Counted from the first letter of the stretch, positions 43,429 to 53,408 are shown. The stretch: 64,000 nt of DNA from an uncultured Chloroflexia bacterium (GCA_963744095.1 CAVUSH010000002.1:69481-133480); one strand, 5' to 3'. Made by a program: numbers and translations. Notes: a model not told the origin generated them from the sequence alone.

Positions 43429-45200
43429 CGGCCGGGCGAAGGGGTGCCGCGGCTGGACCGGAAGCGGGCCGCCCGCTCCAGCAGCTCGCGGGCCGCTGCC
43501 TCCGCCGTGGGATCCCCGGCCCCTCCGCCGAGCATCGCCGCGAGCTCCCCGACCCGCTCCGCGTCGTCGAGGCGACGCACCTCGGTGACCGTCCGCCCGG
43601 CGCGCTGCACCTTGTGGATCGCGAAGTGGGCGTCCGCGTGGGCCGCGATCTGGGGCAGGTGCGTGACGCACAGCACCTGGTGACGGCCGCCGAGCACCCA
43701 GAGGGTCCGACCGACGGGGTCGGCACTCCGTCCGCCGATCCCCGCGTCGATCTCGTCGAAGACGAGGGTCGGCGTCGCGTCTGCGTCAACGAGGACCTCC
43801 TCGATCGCCAGCGCGATTCGCGAGAGCTCGCCGCCGGATGCGATCTTCGCCAGCGGGCGAGCCGGCTCCCCGGGGTTCGGGGCGATCCGGAAGACGACCA
43901 CGTCGATCCCGGCCGCGTCGAAGGCCACGGCGTCGCCGCCGACCTCGACAGCCGGCTCCTCGCGGCCGGCCGGACGGCGCCCGACCGCGATCTCCACCCC
44001 GGTCCCACCGAGGCCGAGATCGCCGAGGACCCGCTCGACCCTGGCGCCCAGGTCCGCCGCGGTCACTCGGCGGCGGGTCGAGAGCACTTCCGCGGCGGCG
44101 GCGACAGCCTCGAGCAGCCGCGTGGCGTCGCTTGCCCGCCGGGTCCCCTCCGCCTGGAGCCCGTGCAGTCGCCCCACCTCGTCGGCCGCCCGTTCCGCGC
44201 GCTCCACGAGACCGTCGCTGTCGGTGCCGTACTTGCGCTCCAGGGTGAAGAGGAACGAAAGTCGCTCCTCCATGACCGCCAGCGCCGTCGCGTCGTGCTC
44301 GACCCCGTCGGCCATCGACCGCGTCTCGAAAGCGACGTCCTCCAGCTCTGCGGCGAGTCCGGCGAGTCGTCCCGCGAGGGGTTCGTACCGCGGGTCGAGC
44401 CGCCCCAGGGCCGCTGCCTCGGCGGCCGCCCGGGCGGCCTGCTCGCGCGCGCCGGACGCCGTTGCCTCCCCCTCGTCACCGGCCAGGAGCGCCACGATCG
44501 CCCCCGCCCCGCGGGCGATCGCCTCGCCATGGCGCGACGCGGCGAGACGCGCCCGCGTCGCCGCGACCTCGCCCGGCTGGATGCGCGCGGCCGCAATCTC
44601 CGACGCCTCGTGCTCCACGAGGGCGATCTGCCGCTCCAGCTCACGCGGCTCGAGCGCGAGAGCCTCCCGCGCTGCCTCGTTCTCCCGCCAGGCGGCGACC
44701 GCCGCCGCCATGGCGGCCCGCTCCGGCTGGTGCCCGCCGAACGCGTCGAGGAGGTCTCGCTGCCAGCGCTCGTCGAGCAGCCGCGCCTGCTCGTGCTGAC
44801 CGTGGATCTCGACGAGCGGCCCGACGGTCGCCGCCAGCCGGCCGGCGGTCACCGTCTCGTCATCGACGCGGGCGACGGACCGGCCCGACGCCGCGACTTC
44901 GCGCACGCAGACCAGCGGCTCCGGCAAGCGGTCGAAGAGCGCCTCCACGCGGGCGGCATCCGCGTCATGCCGGACGAGCCCCGGGTCGGCCCGCGCGCCC
45001 AGGGCCAGCCCGAGGGCGTCGATCAGGAGGCTCTTGCCGGCGCCGGTCTCGCCGGTGATGACGTTGAGCCCGTCGGCGAACGTGATCCGGACGCGCTCCA
45101 GCAGGGCGAGGTCCGTCACCGTCAGCTCCAGGAGCCTGCCCGCGGCGGGGATGCCCGGTGTGGCCGGGGTGGCGGGCCCGCCGGGCTGCGGTTCGTTCAC
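43425..45200 (-). CDS. recN: DNA repair protein RecN
   Basis: Walker A ITGETGAGKSLL, coiled-coil middle, C-terminal signature SGGELSRIALA and LVFDEIDAGIGG. Confidence 0.9.
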   Translation of the reverse strand: MNEPQPGGPATPATPGIPAAGRLLELTVTDLALLERVRITFADGLNVITGETGAGKSLLIDALGLALGARADPGLVRHDADAARVEALFDRLPEPLVCVREVAASGRSVARVDDETVTAGRLAATVGPLVEIHGQHEQARLLDERWQRDLLDAFGGHQPERAAMAAAVAAWRENEAAREALALEPRELERQIALVEHEASEIAAARIQPGEVAATRARLAASRHGEAIARGAGAIVALLAGDEGEATASGAREQAARAAAEAAALGRLDPRYEPLAGRLAGLAAELEDVAFETRSMADGVEHDATALAVMEERLSFLFTLERKYGTDSDGLVERAERAADEVGRLHGLQAEGTRRASDATRLLEAVAAAAEVLSTRRRVTAADLGARVERVLGDLGLGGTGVEIAVGRRPAGREEPAVEVGGDAVAFDAAGIDVVVFRIAPNPGEPARPLAKIASGGELSRIALAIEEVLVDADATPTLVFDEIDAGIGGRSADPVGRTLWVLGGRHQVLCVTHLPQIAAHADAHFAIHKVQRAGRTVTEVRRLDDAERVGELAAMLGGGAGDPTAEAAARELLERAARFRSSRGTPSPGR

Positions 45201-45207
45201 GACCGCA

Positions 45208-46056
45208 TCACGAGGGAAGCAGCTGGGCCTTCTGCCGCAGCAGGTCCCAGAACGGAATCGCCCCTTCTGGCTCCAGGAAGCGGATTGGCTGCGGGAGGGC
45301 AGCGACGGTCACCGTGTCCCCGACCCCGATCGGGTAATCCTCGCGCCCGTCGACGGAGACCAGGGCCTCGAGAGCCTGGACGACACGACAGCGCACGACC
45401 TGGTCCGGGCTGACGACCACCGAGCCGAGGGCCGAGAGATAGGCCGCGATGGGCGTCAGGATCAGGTTCCGGCTCACGGGGTCCAGGATCGGCCCGCCGG
45501 CCGAGAAGCTGTATCCGGTCGACCCGGTGGGGCTGGCGACGATCAGCCCGTCGGCAACGTAGGTGGCGAGGTGCGACGGCCCGATCTCCACGTCCAGGTG
45601 GACCACCCGCGCCAGCGCGCCCCGGGCGATGACGACGTCGTTGAGGGCGACGAACGAGTGCCGTGCCGCGTCGCCGTGCTCGCCGTGGATGGCCCCGCTC
45701 AGGGCCATCCGGTCCTCGAGCCGGTACCGCCCCGCGTCGATCTTCGCCAGCAGGTCCTCGAGCTCGTGCGCCTCGGCCTTGGAGAGGAAGCCGACCTTGC
45801 CGAGGTTGACGCCGACCATCGGCACCCGGGTCTCGGCCACGGCCCGGGCGGCCCGCAGGAACGTGCCGTCGCCGCCGAGGACCACGAGGAAGTCGACGGC
45901 CGGCAGGGCGGCGAGGAGGGCCGGCGTGTCCGCGGCCGGCACTGTCCAGCTCTCGATGCCGCGCCGGGCGCACCACCCGGTCGCGCGCTCGGAGAGCTCG
46001 ACCGCTTCGTCCTTCGTGGGGTTGTAGGCGAATCCGATCCGCGGCGCGTCGCTCAT
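45208..46056 (-). CDS. nadK: NAD kinase
   Basis: LGGDGTFL, NDVV and ASPTGSTGYSFSAGGP motifs. Confidence 0.9.
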   Translation of the reverse strand: MSDAPRIGFAYNPTKDEAVELSERATGWCARRGIESWTVPAADTPALLAALPAVDFLVVLGGDGTFLRAARAVAETRVPMVGVNLGKVGFLSKAEAHELEDLLAKIDAGRYRLEDRMALSGAIHGEHGDAARHSFVALNDVVIARGALARVVHLDVEIGPSHLATYVADGLIVASPTGSTGYSFSAGGPILDPVSRNLILTPIAAYLSALGSVVVSPDQVVRCRVVQALEALVSVDGREDYPIGVGDTVTVAALPQPIRFLEPEGAIPFWDLLRQKAQLLPS

Positions 46057-46877
46057 CCGGGCACCAGGTCGGCGATCCGGGCGGCCCAGCTCACGGGTTC
46101 CGCTCCATGGGGCGCGGCACCGGCGAGGAGGAAGAACTCGCGGTTCCCGGCCGGACCGAGCAACGGCGAGTCGACGAGACCCTGCGGGGCCAGCCCGGCG
46201 GCGCGCGCATCATCGAGCGCCGCCCGGAGCACCTCCCGATGGACGGCCGGGTCGCGGACGACGCCGCCGGGGGCGCGGCCGCGGCCGGCCTCGAACTGCG
46301 GCTTCACGAGCGCGACGATGCGACCCCCGGGCGCGAGGCAGGCGGCCGTCGGCAGGAGGACGAGGCTGAGCGAGATGAAGCTGACATCGATCACGGCCAG
46401 GGCAACGAGCTCCCCCAGCAGAGCGGGGGTGAGCCCCCGGGCGTTCGTCCGTTCCCGGGAGACGACGCGCGGATCGCGACGGAGCGCCTCCGCCAGCTGG
46501 CCACGGCCCACGTCGATCGCGTGGACCCGCGCCGCGCCGCGCTGGAGAAGCAGGTCGGTGAAGCCGCCCGTCGAGGCCCCGACGTCGAGGCAGACGAGCC
46601 CGGCGGGGTCCACGGCGAAGGCGTCCAGGGCGCCGGCGAGCTTCTCGCCGCCCCGCGAGACGTACGGCAGCGGCTTCTCGACCTCCAACGCGACGGAGGC
46701 CTCGACGAGGTCGCCCGCCTGGCGGTTGCTGCGCGCCCGGTCGCCCGCGCCGACCCTGACCTGGCCGGCCATGAGGAGCGCCTGGGCGCGCGACCGCGTC
46801 TCGGCCAGGCCGCGCTCGACGAGGAGCTGATCGAGGCGGATGCGGGGTGCGCGGGGCGGCGCGCTCGTGCGGCTCAC
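46053..46877 (-). CDS. tlyA: TlyA family rRNA (cytidine-2'-O)-methyltransferase
   Basis: S4 domain (RLDQLLVERGLAETRSRAQALL). SAM-binding motif DVGASTGGFTD. Also KPQFE. Confidence 0.85.
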   Translation of the reverse strand: MSRTSAPPRAPRIRLDQLLVERGLAETRSRAQALLMAGQVRVGAGDRARSNRQAGDLVEASVALEVEKPLPYVSRGGEKLAGALDAFAVDPAGLVCLDVGASTGGFTDLLLQRGAARVHAIDVGRGQLAEALRRDPRVVSRERTNARGLTPALLGELVALAVIDVSFISLSLVLLPTAACLAPGGRIVALVKPQFEAGRGRAPGGVVRDPAVHREVLRAALDDARAAGLAPQGLVDSPLLGPAGNREFFLLAGAAPHGAEPVSWAARIADLVPG

Positions 46878-46928
46878 GCCGCGATCATGCCACGGGGCGC
46901 TTCACCGCGGCTCATCGGGCGCCGCCGG

Positions 46929-48983
46929 TCAGGCGCTCGCGGCCTGGCCGCGTCGCCGAACCGCCGCCCCGGGCCGCGCCCCGAGGGTCGCCAGCGTCTC
47001 CCGGATCTGCTCCGCGATCCCCGGGGTGTCGAGCCGGACCAGGGCCCGGAGGTCGGCGACCGAGCCGTGCTCGACGAACCTGTCGGCCGGAATGCCGACG
47101 ATCCGGAGGGCCACATCGCGGAAGGCCGCGTCTGCCAGCCGGGCCTCCTCGAGCGCCTCGAGGACGCCCGAGCCGAAGCCGCCAATCGTGGTGCTCTCCT
47201 CGACCGTCACGACCAGGCGCTTGCCGCGGGCCTGGTCGAGGATCAGCTGGCGGTCCAGCGGCTTGGCGAAACGGGCGTTGATGACGCCCACCGACCAGCC
47301 CTCGTCGATCAGGGCGTCGGCGGCTTCCTCGGCTCGCCGCACGATCGGCCCGAAGCCCACGATCAGGACGTCGGTGCCCTCGCGGAGCACTTCGCCTCGA
47401 CCGACCAGGAGGATCTCGGGCTCGCGCTGGGGCACGCCGAACCCGGCGTCGCGCGGGTAGTTGAGGGCGAAGGCGTGATCCTGGGCAAGGGCGGTGCGGA
47501 CCATCGACCGCAGCTCCTGCTCGTCCTTCGGCGCCGCGATGACGAGGTTGGGAATCTGGCGGTGGGCCGGGAAGGAGAACATCCCCTGGTGGCTGGTCCC
47601 GTCCTCGCCGACGAGGCCGGCCCGGTCGACCCCGATGAGGACCGGCTGATCATTCTGGCAGGCGTCGTGGACGATCTGGTCGAAGGCCCGCTGGAGGAAC
47701 GTGGCGTAGATGGCAACCACCGGCCTGCCGCCACCCATCGCGATCCCCGTCGCCAGCGCGACGGCGTGCGGCTCGGCGATCCCGACGTCGACGAAGCGGT
47801 CCGGGAACTCGTCCTGGAACCGGTTCAGGCCGGTGCCGGTCGGCATCCCGGCCGTGATCGCCACGATCCGCCGATCCTCGCGCGCGGCCGCGATGACCTC
47901 CTGGGCGAAGAAATGGGTGTAGTTCGGCACCTTGGACGCTGGCGTGCCGATCGCCGGCAACACGGCGTCGCCGTTCGCCCCCGGCACCGCCGATCCGGTC
48001 GCCGTCGCCGAGATCTCGCCCGCCCCGAGCGGGCTCGCAGCCCTCGCCCCCAGGCGCGCCTGGTAGGTGTCGGCCATCGGGGGCAGAGCGGCCCCGTGGA
48101 AGCCGACCTGGTCCTTCTCGGCCGGATGGTAGCCGCGGCCCTTCTGCGTCCGGACGTGAACGAGGACCGGCCCGCCGAGGTCGAGGGCGCCCCGGAAGGT
48201 GTGCTCGAGCGCCCTGAGGTCGTGGCCCGGCACAACGCCGACGTAGGTGATGCCGAGGTCCTCGAAGAGCTGCCCGGGCTGGGCGAAGCTGACGAACGAC
48301 TTCCGCACCCGCCGGGACAGCTCGAGCGCGGTGGGACCGACGATGGGGACTCGTTCCACGGTCCGGTCGTAGGCCGTCCGCGACTGCTTCCAGGCGTTCG
48401 AGAGCTTGATCTCCGACAGGTACTTCGACAGGGCGCCGACCGATGGGCTGATCGACATCTCGTTGTCGTTGAGGACGATCAGGACCTGGGTGTGGCGATG
48501 ACCGATGTCGTTGAGCGCCTCCAGCGAGAGGCCGCTCATGAGGGCGGCGTCGCCGACGACCACGGCGATCCGTTCCATCCCGTGCCGGATGTCCCGCGCG
48601 GTGGCCAGGCCGGCGGCGATGGAGAGGCCGGTACCCGCGTGGCCGCCGTCGAAGACGTCGTGCTCGCTCTCCGAACGCCGGGGGAAGCCGCCCACCCCGC
48701 CGAGCTGGCGGAGGGTGTCGAATCGTTCGTACCGGCCGGTGACCAGCTTGTGCGGATACGCCTGGTGGCCCGTGTCCCAGACGATCGGCTCACGCGGCGA
48801 CTCGAGCACGCGGTGCAGGGCGAGGGTGACCTCCACGACCCCCAGGGACGAGCCCAGGTGGCCGCCGGTCTTCGCGACCGTGGCGATGATCGTCTCCCGG
48901 ATCTCCTCCGCGAGAGAGAACAGGTCGCGCTGGGAGAGCCCGCGAACGTCGGCCGGACCCTGGATGTGCGGAAGGATGGCCAA
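46929..48983 (-). CDS. dxs: 1-deoxy-D-xylulose-5-phosphate synthase
   Basis: GGHLGSSLG, DTGHQAYPHK, GDAALMSG, AEPHAV. The inter-domain linker is roughly 30 aa longer than usual. Confidence 0.92.
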   Translation of the reverse strand: MAILPHIQGPADVRGLSQRDLFSLAEEIRETIIATVAKTGGHLGSSLGVVEVTLALHRVLESPREPIVWDTGHQAYPHKLVTGRYERFDTLRQLGGVGGFPRRSESEHDVFDGGHAGTGLSIAAGLATARDIRHGMERIAVVVGDAALMSGLSLEALNDIGHRHTQVLIVLNDNEMSISPSVGALSKYLSEIKLSNAWKQSRTAYDRTVERVPIVGPTALELSRRVRKSFVSFAQPGQLFEDLGITYVGVVPGHDLRALEHTFRGALDLGGPVLVHVRTQKGRGYHPAEKDQVGFHGAALPPMADTYQARLGARAASPLGAGEISATATGSAVPGANGDAVLPAIGTPASKVPNYTHFFAQEVIAAAREDRRIVAITAGMPTGTGLNRFQDEFPDRFVDVGIAEPHAVALATGIAMGGGRPVVAIYATFLQRAFDQIVHDACQNDQPVLIGVDRAGLVGEDGTSHQGMFSFPAHRQIPNLVIAAPKDEQELRSMVRTALAQDHAFALNYPRDAGFGVPQREPEILLVGRGEVLREGTDVLIVGFGPIVRRAEEAADALIDEGWSVGVINARFAKPLDRQLILDQARGKRLVVTVEESTTIGGFGSGVLEALEEARLADAAFRDVALRIVGIPADRFVEHGSVADLRALVRLDTPGIAEQIRETLATLGARPGAAVRRRGQAASA

Positions 48984-49102
48984 TGGTGGACCCTCGATAG
49001 GCCGCCGGTGCCGTGAACCCGGCGAGTCTACGCCGACCCGCCGCGCGCCGCCGTCGCCCCGTCGTCGCCCCGTCGTCGCCTCGCGGCGCTGCCCGAACGC
49101 GG

Positions 49103-49360
49103 TCAGCCCGCCTCGTCCTCCCGCAGCTCGGCTTCGGCAAGCGCGCCGCGGGCGCCCTCGACGAGACGCCGGACGCGCAGCTCCGCTTCGCCAAGGAGCC
49201 GCTCGCAGCGCTGCTGGAGAGCAACCCCATGTTCGTAGAGCGCCAGCGTCCGCTCCAGGGCCAGGCCGCCCGCCTCCAGCTCGGCCACCGTCCGCTCCAG
49301 CTCGGCAAGGGCGGCATCGAAGGCCAGCTCGTCAACAGGGCCGCGCTCCGGCTCACTCAC
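49103..49360 (-). CDS. xseB: Exodeoxyribonuclease VII small subunit
   Basis: FDAALAELERTVAELEAGGLALERTLALYEHGVAL. The GTG at 49360 is preceded by AAGGAGGAG at 9 nt. The ATG at 49381 would itself lie in that RBS. Confidence 0.8.
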   Translation of the reverse strand: MSEPERGPVDELAFDAALAELERTVAELEAGGLALERTLALYEHGVALQQRCERLLGEAELRVRRLVEGARGALAEAELREDEAG

Positions 49361-49514
49361 GGTCGTCCACTCCTCCTTCATCGACGGGATCAGCCGCCTC
49401 GACCTGGTTGCGCCGCTCGTCCCAGCGGGTCAGCCGCGGCGCGACGACCAGCCCGAGGCCGACTCCGACGACCGCAACGGCTGCCACCAGCACCACGAAC
49501 AGGATCGCGTCCAT
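49353..49514 (-). CDS. Possible small membrane protein (53 aa) between xseA and xseB
   Basis: MDAILFVVLVAAVAVVGVGLGLVVAP... is a single TM helix. The ORF starts 2 nt after the xseA stop, and its stop overlaps the xseB GTG by 8 nt. Confidence 0.4.
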   Translation of the reverse strand: MDAILFVVLVAAVAVVGVGLGLVVAPRLTRWDERRNQVEAADPVDEGGVDDRE

Positions 49515-49516
49515 CG

Positions 49517-50902
49517 TCAGGCCGGATCCTCGACCCGGGCCGCGATCTCGCCCCGGGCCACCCGGAGATGCAGCGCCGTCCCGGCCGGCGCCTCGCTCGG
49601 CTCCCGAACGATGGCGCCGTCGGCCGCTCGCCGCACGATGGCATACCCACGGGCGAGCGTCGCCCCGGGATCCAGCACCGCGAGCGAGCCGCGGGTCGCG
49701 TCGAGGCCGGCCCGGGCCGCGGCGAGTCGCGTCGCGACGAGCGGGTGGAGGCGGCCTGACGACCGCTCCAGCGCCCGGTGATCCGTCGCGAGGCGGCCGC
49801 TCACGACCCCGGTCGCCCGGTCGAGCAGGTGCCCGGCCCGCTCGCGTGCCGCCGCCAGGCGTGCCTCGGGACGAAGGCCCTCGAGTGCTCGGCGCTCGGC
49901 GGCGACCCGGCGGGCCCACTCGGTCATCTCCGCCCCGATGGCCGCGTCGGCCCGGGCCCCCTGGGCCCGGATGGCGGCGACCACCTGGAGGCGCTCCGGG
50001 ACGACCACCTCGGCCGCGGCCGACGGGGTGGGGGCCCGGATGTCCGCGGCAAAGTCGACCAGCGTCACGTCTGTCTCGTGGCCGATCCCCGCGACGACCG
50101 GGACCGGGTGCGCCGCGACCGCCCGCACGACGCGTTCGTCGTTGAACGCCCAGAGATCCTCCAGCGACCCGCCCCCGCGGGCGACGATCACCACGGCCGG
50201 CCCGTCCTGGGGACGTCCGTCGGCGTGGCAGGCGGCGCCGAAACGAGCCAGGCGGTCGAGCGCCGCGACGATCGTCTCGGCGGCTCCCTCGCCCTGCACC
50301 CGGCAGGCGCTCACGACCAGGCGCGCCATCGGCCAACGGCGTTCGAGGACGCGGCGGATGTCGTGGAGGACCGCGCCGGAGACGCTGGTCACGACCCCGA
50401 CCGTTGCCGGCCGGGCCGGGAGCGGGCGCTTGCGGACGGCGTCGAAGAGCCCCTCCGCGGCGAGCCGCGCCTTGGTCGCCTCGAAACGAAGGGCCAGGTC
50501 GCCCAACCCGGCGGGCTGGACGGCCGCGACGTAGCACTGGTAGACACCCTGGGCGTCGAACACGTCGATCCGGCCATGGACGACGACCCGCAGCCCCGCC
50601 CGCGCCTCGAACGGGCTCCGCAGCCGGTCGTCGCGGAACCAGACGCAGGCGAGCTGGCTGCGATCGTCCTTCAGGGTGAAGTAGGCGTGGCCGGCGGAGC
50701 TGACCGTGACCCGGCCGACCTCGCCCTCGACCCAGACGTCGGCGAGCCGAGGGTCCCCCCGCAGCGCGTCACGAACGACCCGCGTGACGTCCGAGACGCC
50801 GAGCACCCGGGTGACCTCGGCTTCGGGGGCGGACCTGCCGGCCACCGGCTCCCCGGCATCCCAGGACGGCAGGGCCCAGGCGGGCGGCTCGAGGTCGCCC
50901 AT
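49517..50902 (-). CDS. xseA: Exodeoxyribonuclease VII large subunit
   Basis: N-terminal OB fold (VWVEGEVGRVTVSSAGHAYFTLKD) and the central catalytic region (GVVTSVSGAVLHD, ARGGGS). Confidence 0.9.
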   Translation of the reverse strand: MGDLEPPAWALPSWDAGEPVAGRSAPEAEVTRVLGVSDVTRVVRDALRGDPRLADVWVEGEVGRVTVSSAGHAYFTLKDDRSQLACVWFRDDRLRSPFEARAGLRVVVHGRIDVFDAQGVYQCYVAAVQPAGLGDLALRFEATKARLAAEGLFDAVRKRPLPARPATVGVVTSVSGAVLHDIRRVLERRWPMARLVVSACRVQGEGAAETIVAALDRLARFGAACHADGRPQDGPAVVIVARGGGSLEDLWAFNDERVVRAVAAHPVPVVAGIGHETDVTLVDFAADIRAPTPSAAAEVVVPERLQVVAAIRAQGARADAAIGAEMTEWARRVAAERRALEGLRPEARLAAARERAGHLLDRATGVVSGRLATDHRALERSSGRLHPLVATRLAAARAGLDATRGSLAVLDPGATLARGYAIVRRAADGAIVREPSEAPAGTALHLRVARGEIAARVEDPA

Positions 50903-50911
50903 CGGTCGTCG

Positions 50912-51469
50912 TCAGAGCCTGGTCTGGTACTCGCCGGTGCGGGTGTCGATCCGCAGCGTGTCGCCCTCGGTCACGAAGAGCGGCACCTGGACCACCAGGC
51001 CGCTCTCCATCGTGGCCGCCTTGCGGGCTCCGGTCGCCGTGTCGCCCGCGAAGCCGGGCTCGGTTTCCGTGACGACGAGGTCCACGGTGATCGGCAGCTC
51101 CACGCCGAGGGTCTCGCCCTCGTAGGTGATCCGGTCGAGGGTCATGCCGTCCTTGAGATACGGCACGATGTCGTCGATCTGCGACGCCGTGAGATGGAAC
51201 TGCTCGTACGACTCCATCTCCATGAAGTGGAAGTCGTCGCCGTCGCGATAGAGGAACTGGATCGCGCGCCGGTCCAGCTGCGCCCGGGGCCACTTCTCGC
51301 CGGCCTGGAAGCTCTTCTCGACCGTGCTCCCCTTCTTCACGTTGCGGAGCTTGATGCGCACCTGCGCCGAACCGCGGCCCATCTTGATGTGGTGGTAGTC
51401 GAGGATCTGCCAGAGGTCGCCGTCGAGCTCGATGACGACGCCCTTGCGCAGCTCACCGGTGGAGATCAT
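50912..51469 (-). CDS. efp: Elongation factor P (Arg32 loop type)
   Basis: Full-length EF-P of 185 aa. The loop reads HIKMGRGSAQVR where Lys-type EF-Ps have KPGKG. The C-terminus is IDTRTGEYQTRL. Confidence 0.95.
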   Translation of the reverse strand: MISTGELRKGVVIELDGDLWQILDYHHIKMGRGSAQVRIKLRNVKKGSTVEKSFQAGEKWPRAQLDRRAIQFLYRDGDDFHFMEMESYEQFHLTASQIDDIVPYLKDGMTLDRITYEGETLGVELPITVDLVVTETEPGFAGDTATGARKAATMESGLVVQVPLFVTEGDTLRIDTRTGEYQTRL

Positions 51470-51597
51470 GCGATCGGGTGCTCCGTGCGGGGCCGGCGGT
51501 CACGGACGCGCCGGCGAGGGGTCGGGCTGTCGCGGGATCGTAGCAGACGGGTGGCGTCGGGCCGGAGTCCGGGCCGGAGACCGGGCCGGACGGCGGG

Positions 51598-53358
51598 CTA
51601 CGGGGCGTAGAAGTCGACGACGAAGTTCAGGTTTCCGCCGGAGACCCAGAGCCCGACGCCGGCCCTGTCGTAGGCGCGGTTCATCATGTTGACGTAGTGG
51701 CCGCCCACGGGGCTCCAGGACTTCTCGCTCTGGAAGAAACGGACGAGGCCGACGGCGGCGTCCCGGGGGTCGTCGTAGTACCGGCAGCCGATGTTCTCCG
51801 CCCAGTGGTAGCTCGAGAACCCGGCGGCGTGCAGCCGGTCACCCGGGTCGCCGCCGGAGAAGTGCGAGCAGATGCCGTTCGTGGCGAGCCTCTTCGCGTA
51901 CGGCCGGGCGACCGCATCGCTGATTCCCGCGTCGTACGCCAGCGGGGCGATGCCGCTCCCGCCGGGCTCCGAGCAGGATCCGTCGGAGAGGACCCATCCG
52001 CCGCCCCGGGTGCAGTTCAGGAGCGAGAGGAGGTACTTCTCGGCAGCCAGCCAGGTGCTCGCGGTCGGACGGGTCACCACCGGTCGCGGCGTGGGCTGCG
52101 GGTTTGCCCCGCCGCCGGAGCCCGGCTGCGGGGTGGCCTCCGGCGTCGGCGTCGGCGTCGGCGCCGGCTCGGGCTTCGCGGCCACGGTGAAGCGCGCGGC
52201 CCGGGGCCGATCCAGGGGCGTGCCGTCGGCCCCCAGCGCGCTCCCGGTGACCCGCAGGACGACCGTCGCCTCGTAGGGGAACGTGGCGGCCGGGTCGAAG
52301 ACGAGCACGGTGTCGTCCTCCGCGAAGTCGATGGTCCCCCGGACCTCGGTGCCGTCGACCTCGACGCTGAACGCCGCCGCCGTGGAAACTCGATCCATCG
52401 GCATCGTGAAGCGGACGGACACCGGAAGTCCGCGAGAGACGTCCCCGGTGCCGGCTCGGGGCCGGAATCGGACGACGGACGGCGCCCTGGTCGTCGTGAA
52501 CGAAAGCGGCTCCGGAAGCGCCACCGCGGCGCCCTCGGCGTCGACGAGCCCGGCGGCCAGCTCCACCGTGTACCGGGTGTCCGCCGCAAGGACGCTCGCC
52601 GGCTCCCAGACGAAGCTCGCAGCAACCGTGGGGTCCCGATCATCGGGCCCATCGCCCGCGACGAGGAGCTCGCCGGGCACGACGGGGAGGATCCGGAACG
52701 CCTGGAGAACGCCCGCGATCGGCACCGGCCGATCGAAGGAGATCGCGATGGACGTGTCGACGGCCGCGCCGCTGGGCAGCTCGTCGACCACGGCGAGGAC
52801 GGCGGTCGTCGCGGCCCGGGTCAGGAAGCCCGCCAGGAGGGGCGCCGCGAGCGCCCGGCCCTCACGGTCCCGGGCCGCAGTCCCCACCGTCACCGTGTAG
52901 AGCGTGGCGGGCTGCCAGGTTCCCAGCGGCTCCACGGCAAGGCGCTGCCAATCCTCAGACCAGCTGAGCCTGACCTCGGCCGCCGGGTCAACGTGGACCG
53001 CGCTCGCAACCGAGGCGGCGTCCATGGGGGCGTCGAAATCGACGAGCAGTGGCGAGGTGAGCCCGCGCCCCGTCGCGATGGGGGGTCCGAGCGCGCTCGC
53101 GGCGAGGGGCGCCTGCGTTGCCGCGGGCACGCCCACCGCGCCGCCGGGAACGGCGACGGCGGCAACCAGGACCAGGCCGCCGACACCCAGCGCCAGCGCG
53201 ATTCTCGTCGCCGGCCCGCGCCGGAGAACGAGTGCAAGATAGACGGCGGCGAAGACGGGCAGCGCGAGGACGGCGGCTAGCGCTCGGTGGACCGGCAACA
53301 GGGTTCCTCGTCGATTCCCGGGCGCTCGGACGGTGCGAGGCCGATCAGCTGGGGGCAT
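51598..53358 (-). CDS. Membrane-anchored protein with SbsA/Big_5-like Ig domains and C-terminal CAP/SCP domain
   Basis: N-terminal TM helices. Repeated ~100-aa beta modules (VSVRFTMPMD..., ISFDRPV...). A Pro/Thr linker leads to a CAP-domain signature (GHYVNMMNRAYDRAGVG). Confidence 0.75.
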   Translation of the reverse strand: MPPADRPRTVRAPGNRRGTLLPVHRALAAVLALPVFAAVYLALVLRRGPATRIALALGVGGLVLVAAVAVPGGAVGVPAATQAPLAASALGPPIATGRGLTSPLLVDFDAPMDAASVASAVHVDPAAEVRLSWSEDWQRLAVEPLGTWQPATLYTVTVGTAARDREGRALAAPLLAGFLTRAATTAVLAVVDELPSGAAVDTSIAISFDRPVPIAGVLQAFRILPVVPGELLVAGDGPDDRDPTVAASFVWEPASVLAADTRYTVELAAGLVDAEGAAVALPEPLSFTTTRAPSVVRFRPRAGTGDVSRGLPVSVRFTMPMDRVSTAAAFSVEVDGTEVRGTIDFAEDDTVLVFDPAATFPYEATVVLRVTGSALGADGTPLDRPRAARFTVAAKPEPAPTPTPTPEATPQPGSGGGANPQPTPRPVVTRPTASTWLAAEKYLLSLLNCTRGGGWVLSDGSCSEPGGSGIAPLAYDAGISDAVARPYAKRLATNGICSHFSGGDPGDRLHAAGFSSYHWAENIGCRYYDDPRDAAVGLVRFFQSEKSWSPVGGHYVNMMNRAYDRAGVGLWVSGGNLNFVVDFYAP

Positions 53359-53408
53359 GATCGCGCCAACCGTACCACCGCCTCGCCACCGGCGGCAACC
53401 GACGCCCG

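Noticed and set aside
45201-45260. A search for an SOS (LexA/Cheo-type GAAC-N4-GTTC or TCGAAC-N4-GTTCGA) box upstream of recN.
   Set aside because: - recN starts 7 nt after nadK, with no intergenic space.
- No box was seen in the preceding sequence.
47948-48083. An extended linker (about 30 extra residues, Ala/Gly/Ser-rich) in Dxs.
   Set aside because: It falls in the known variable, disordered inter-domain linker of Dxs and is not evidence of a new function.
51558-51590. Three tandem CCGGGCCGGA decamers between the CAP-domain gene and efp.
   Set aside because: - The tract is very short.
- It can be read as a GC hairpin (GUCCGG...CCGGAC) acting as an intergenic stem-loop.
- Nothing distinguishes it from chance GC-rich repetition.
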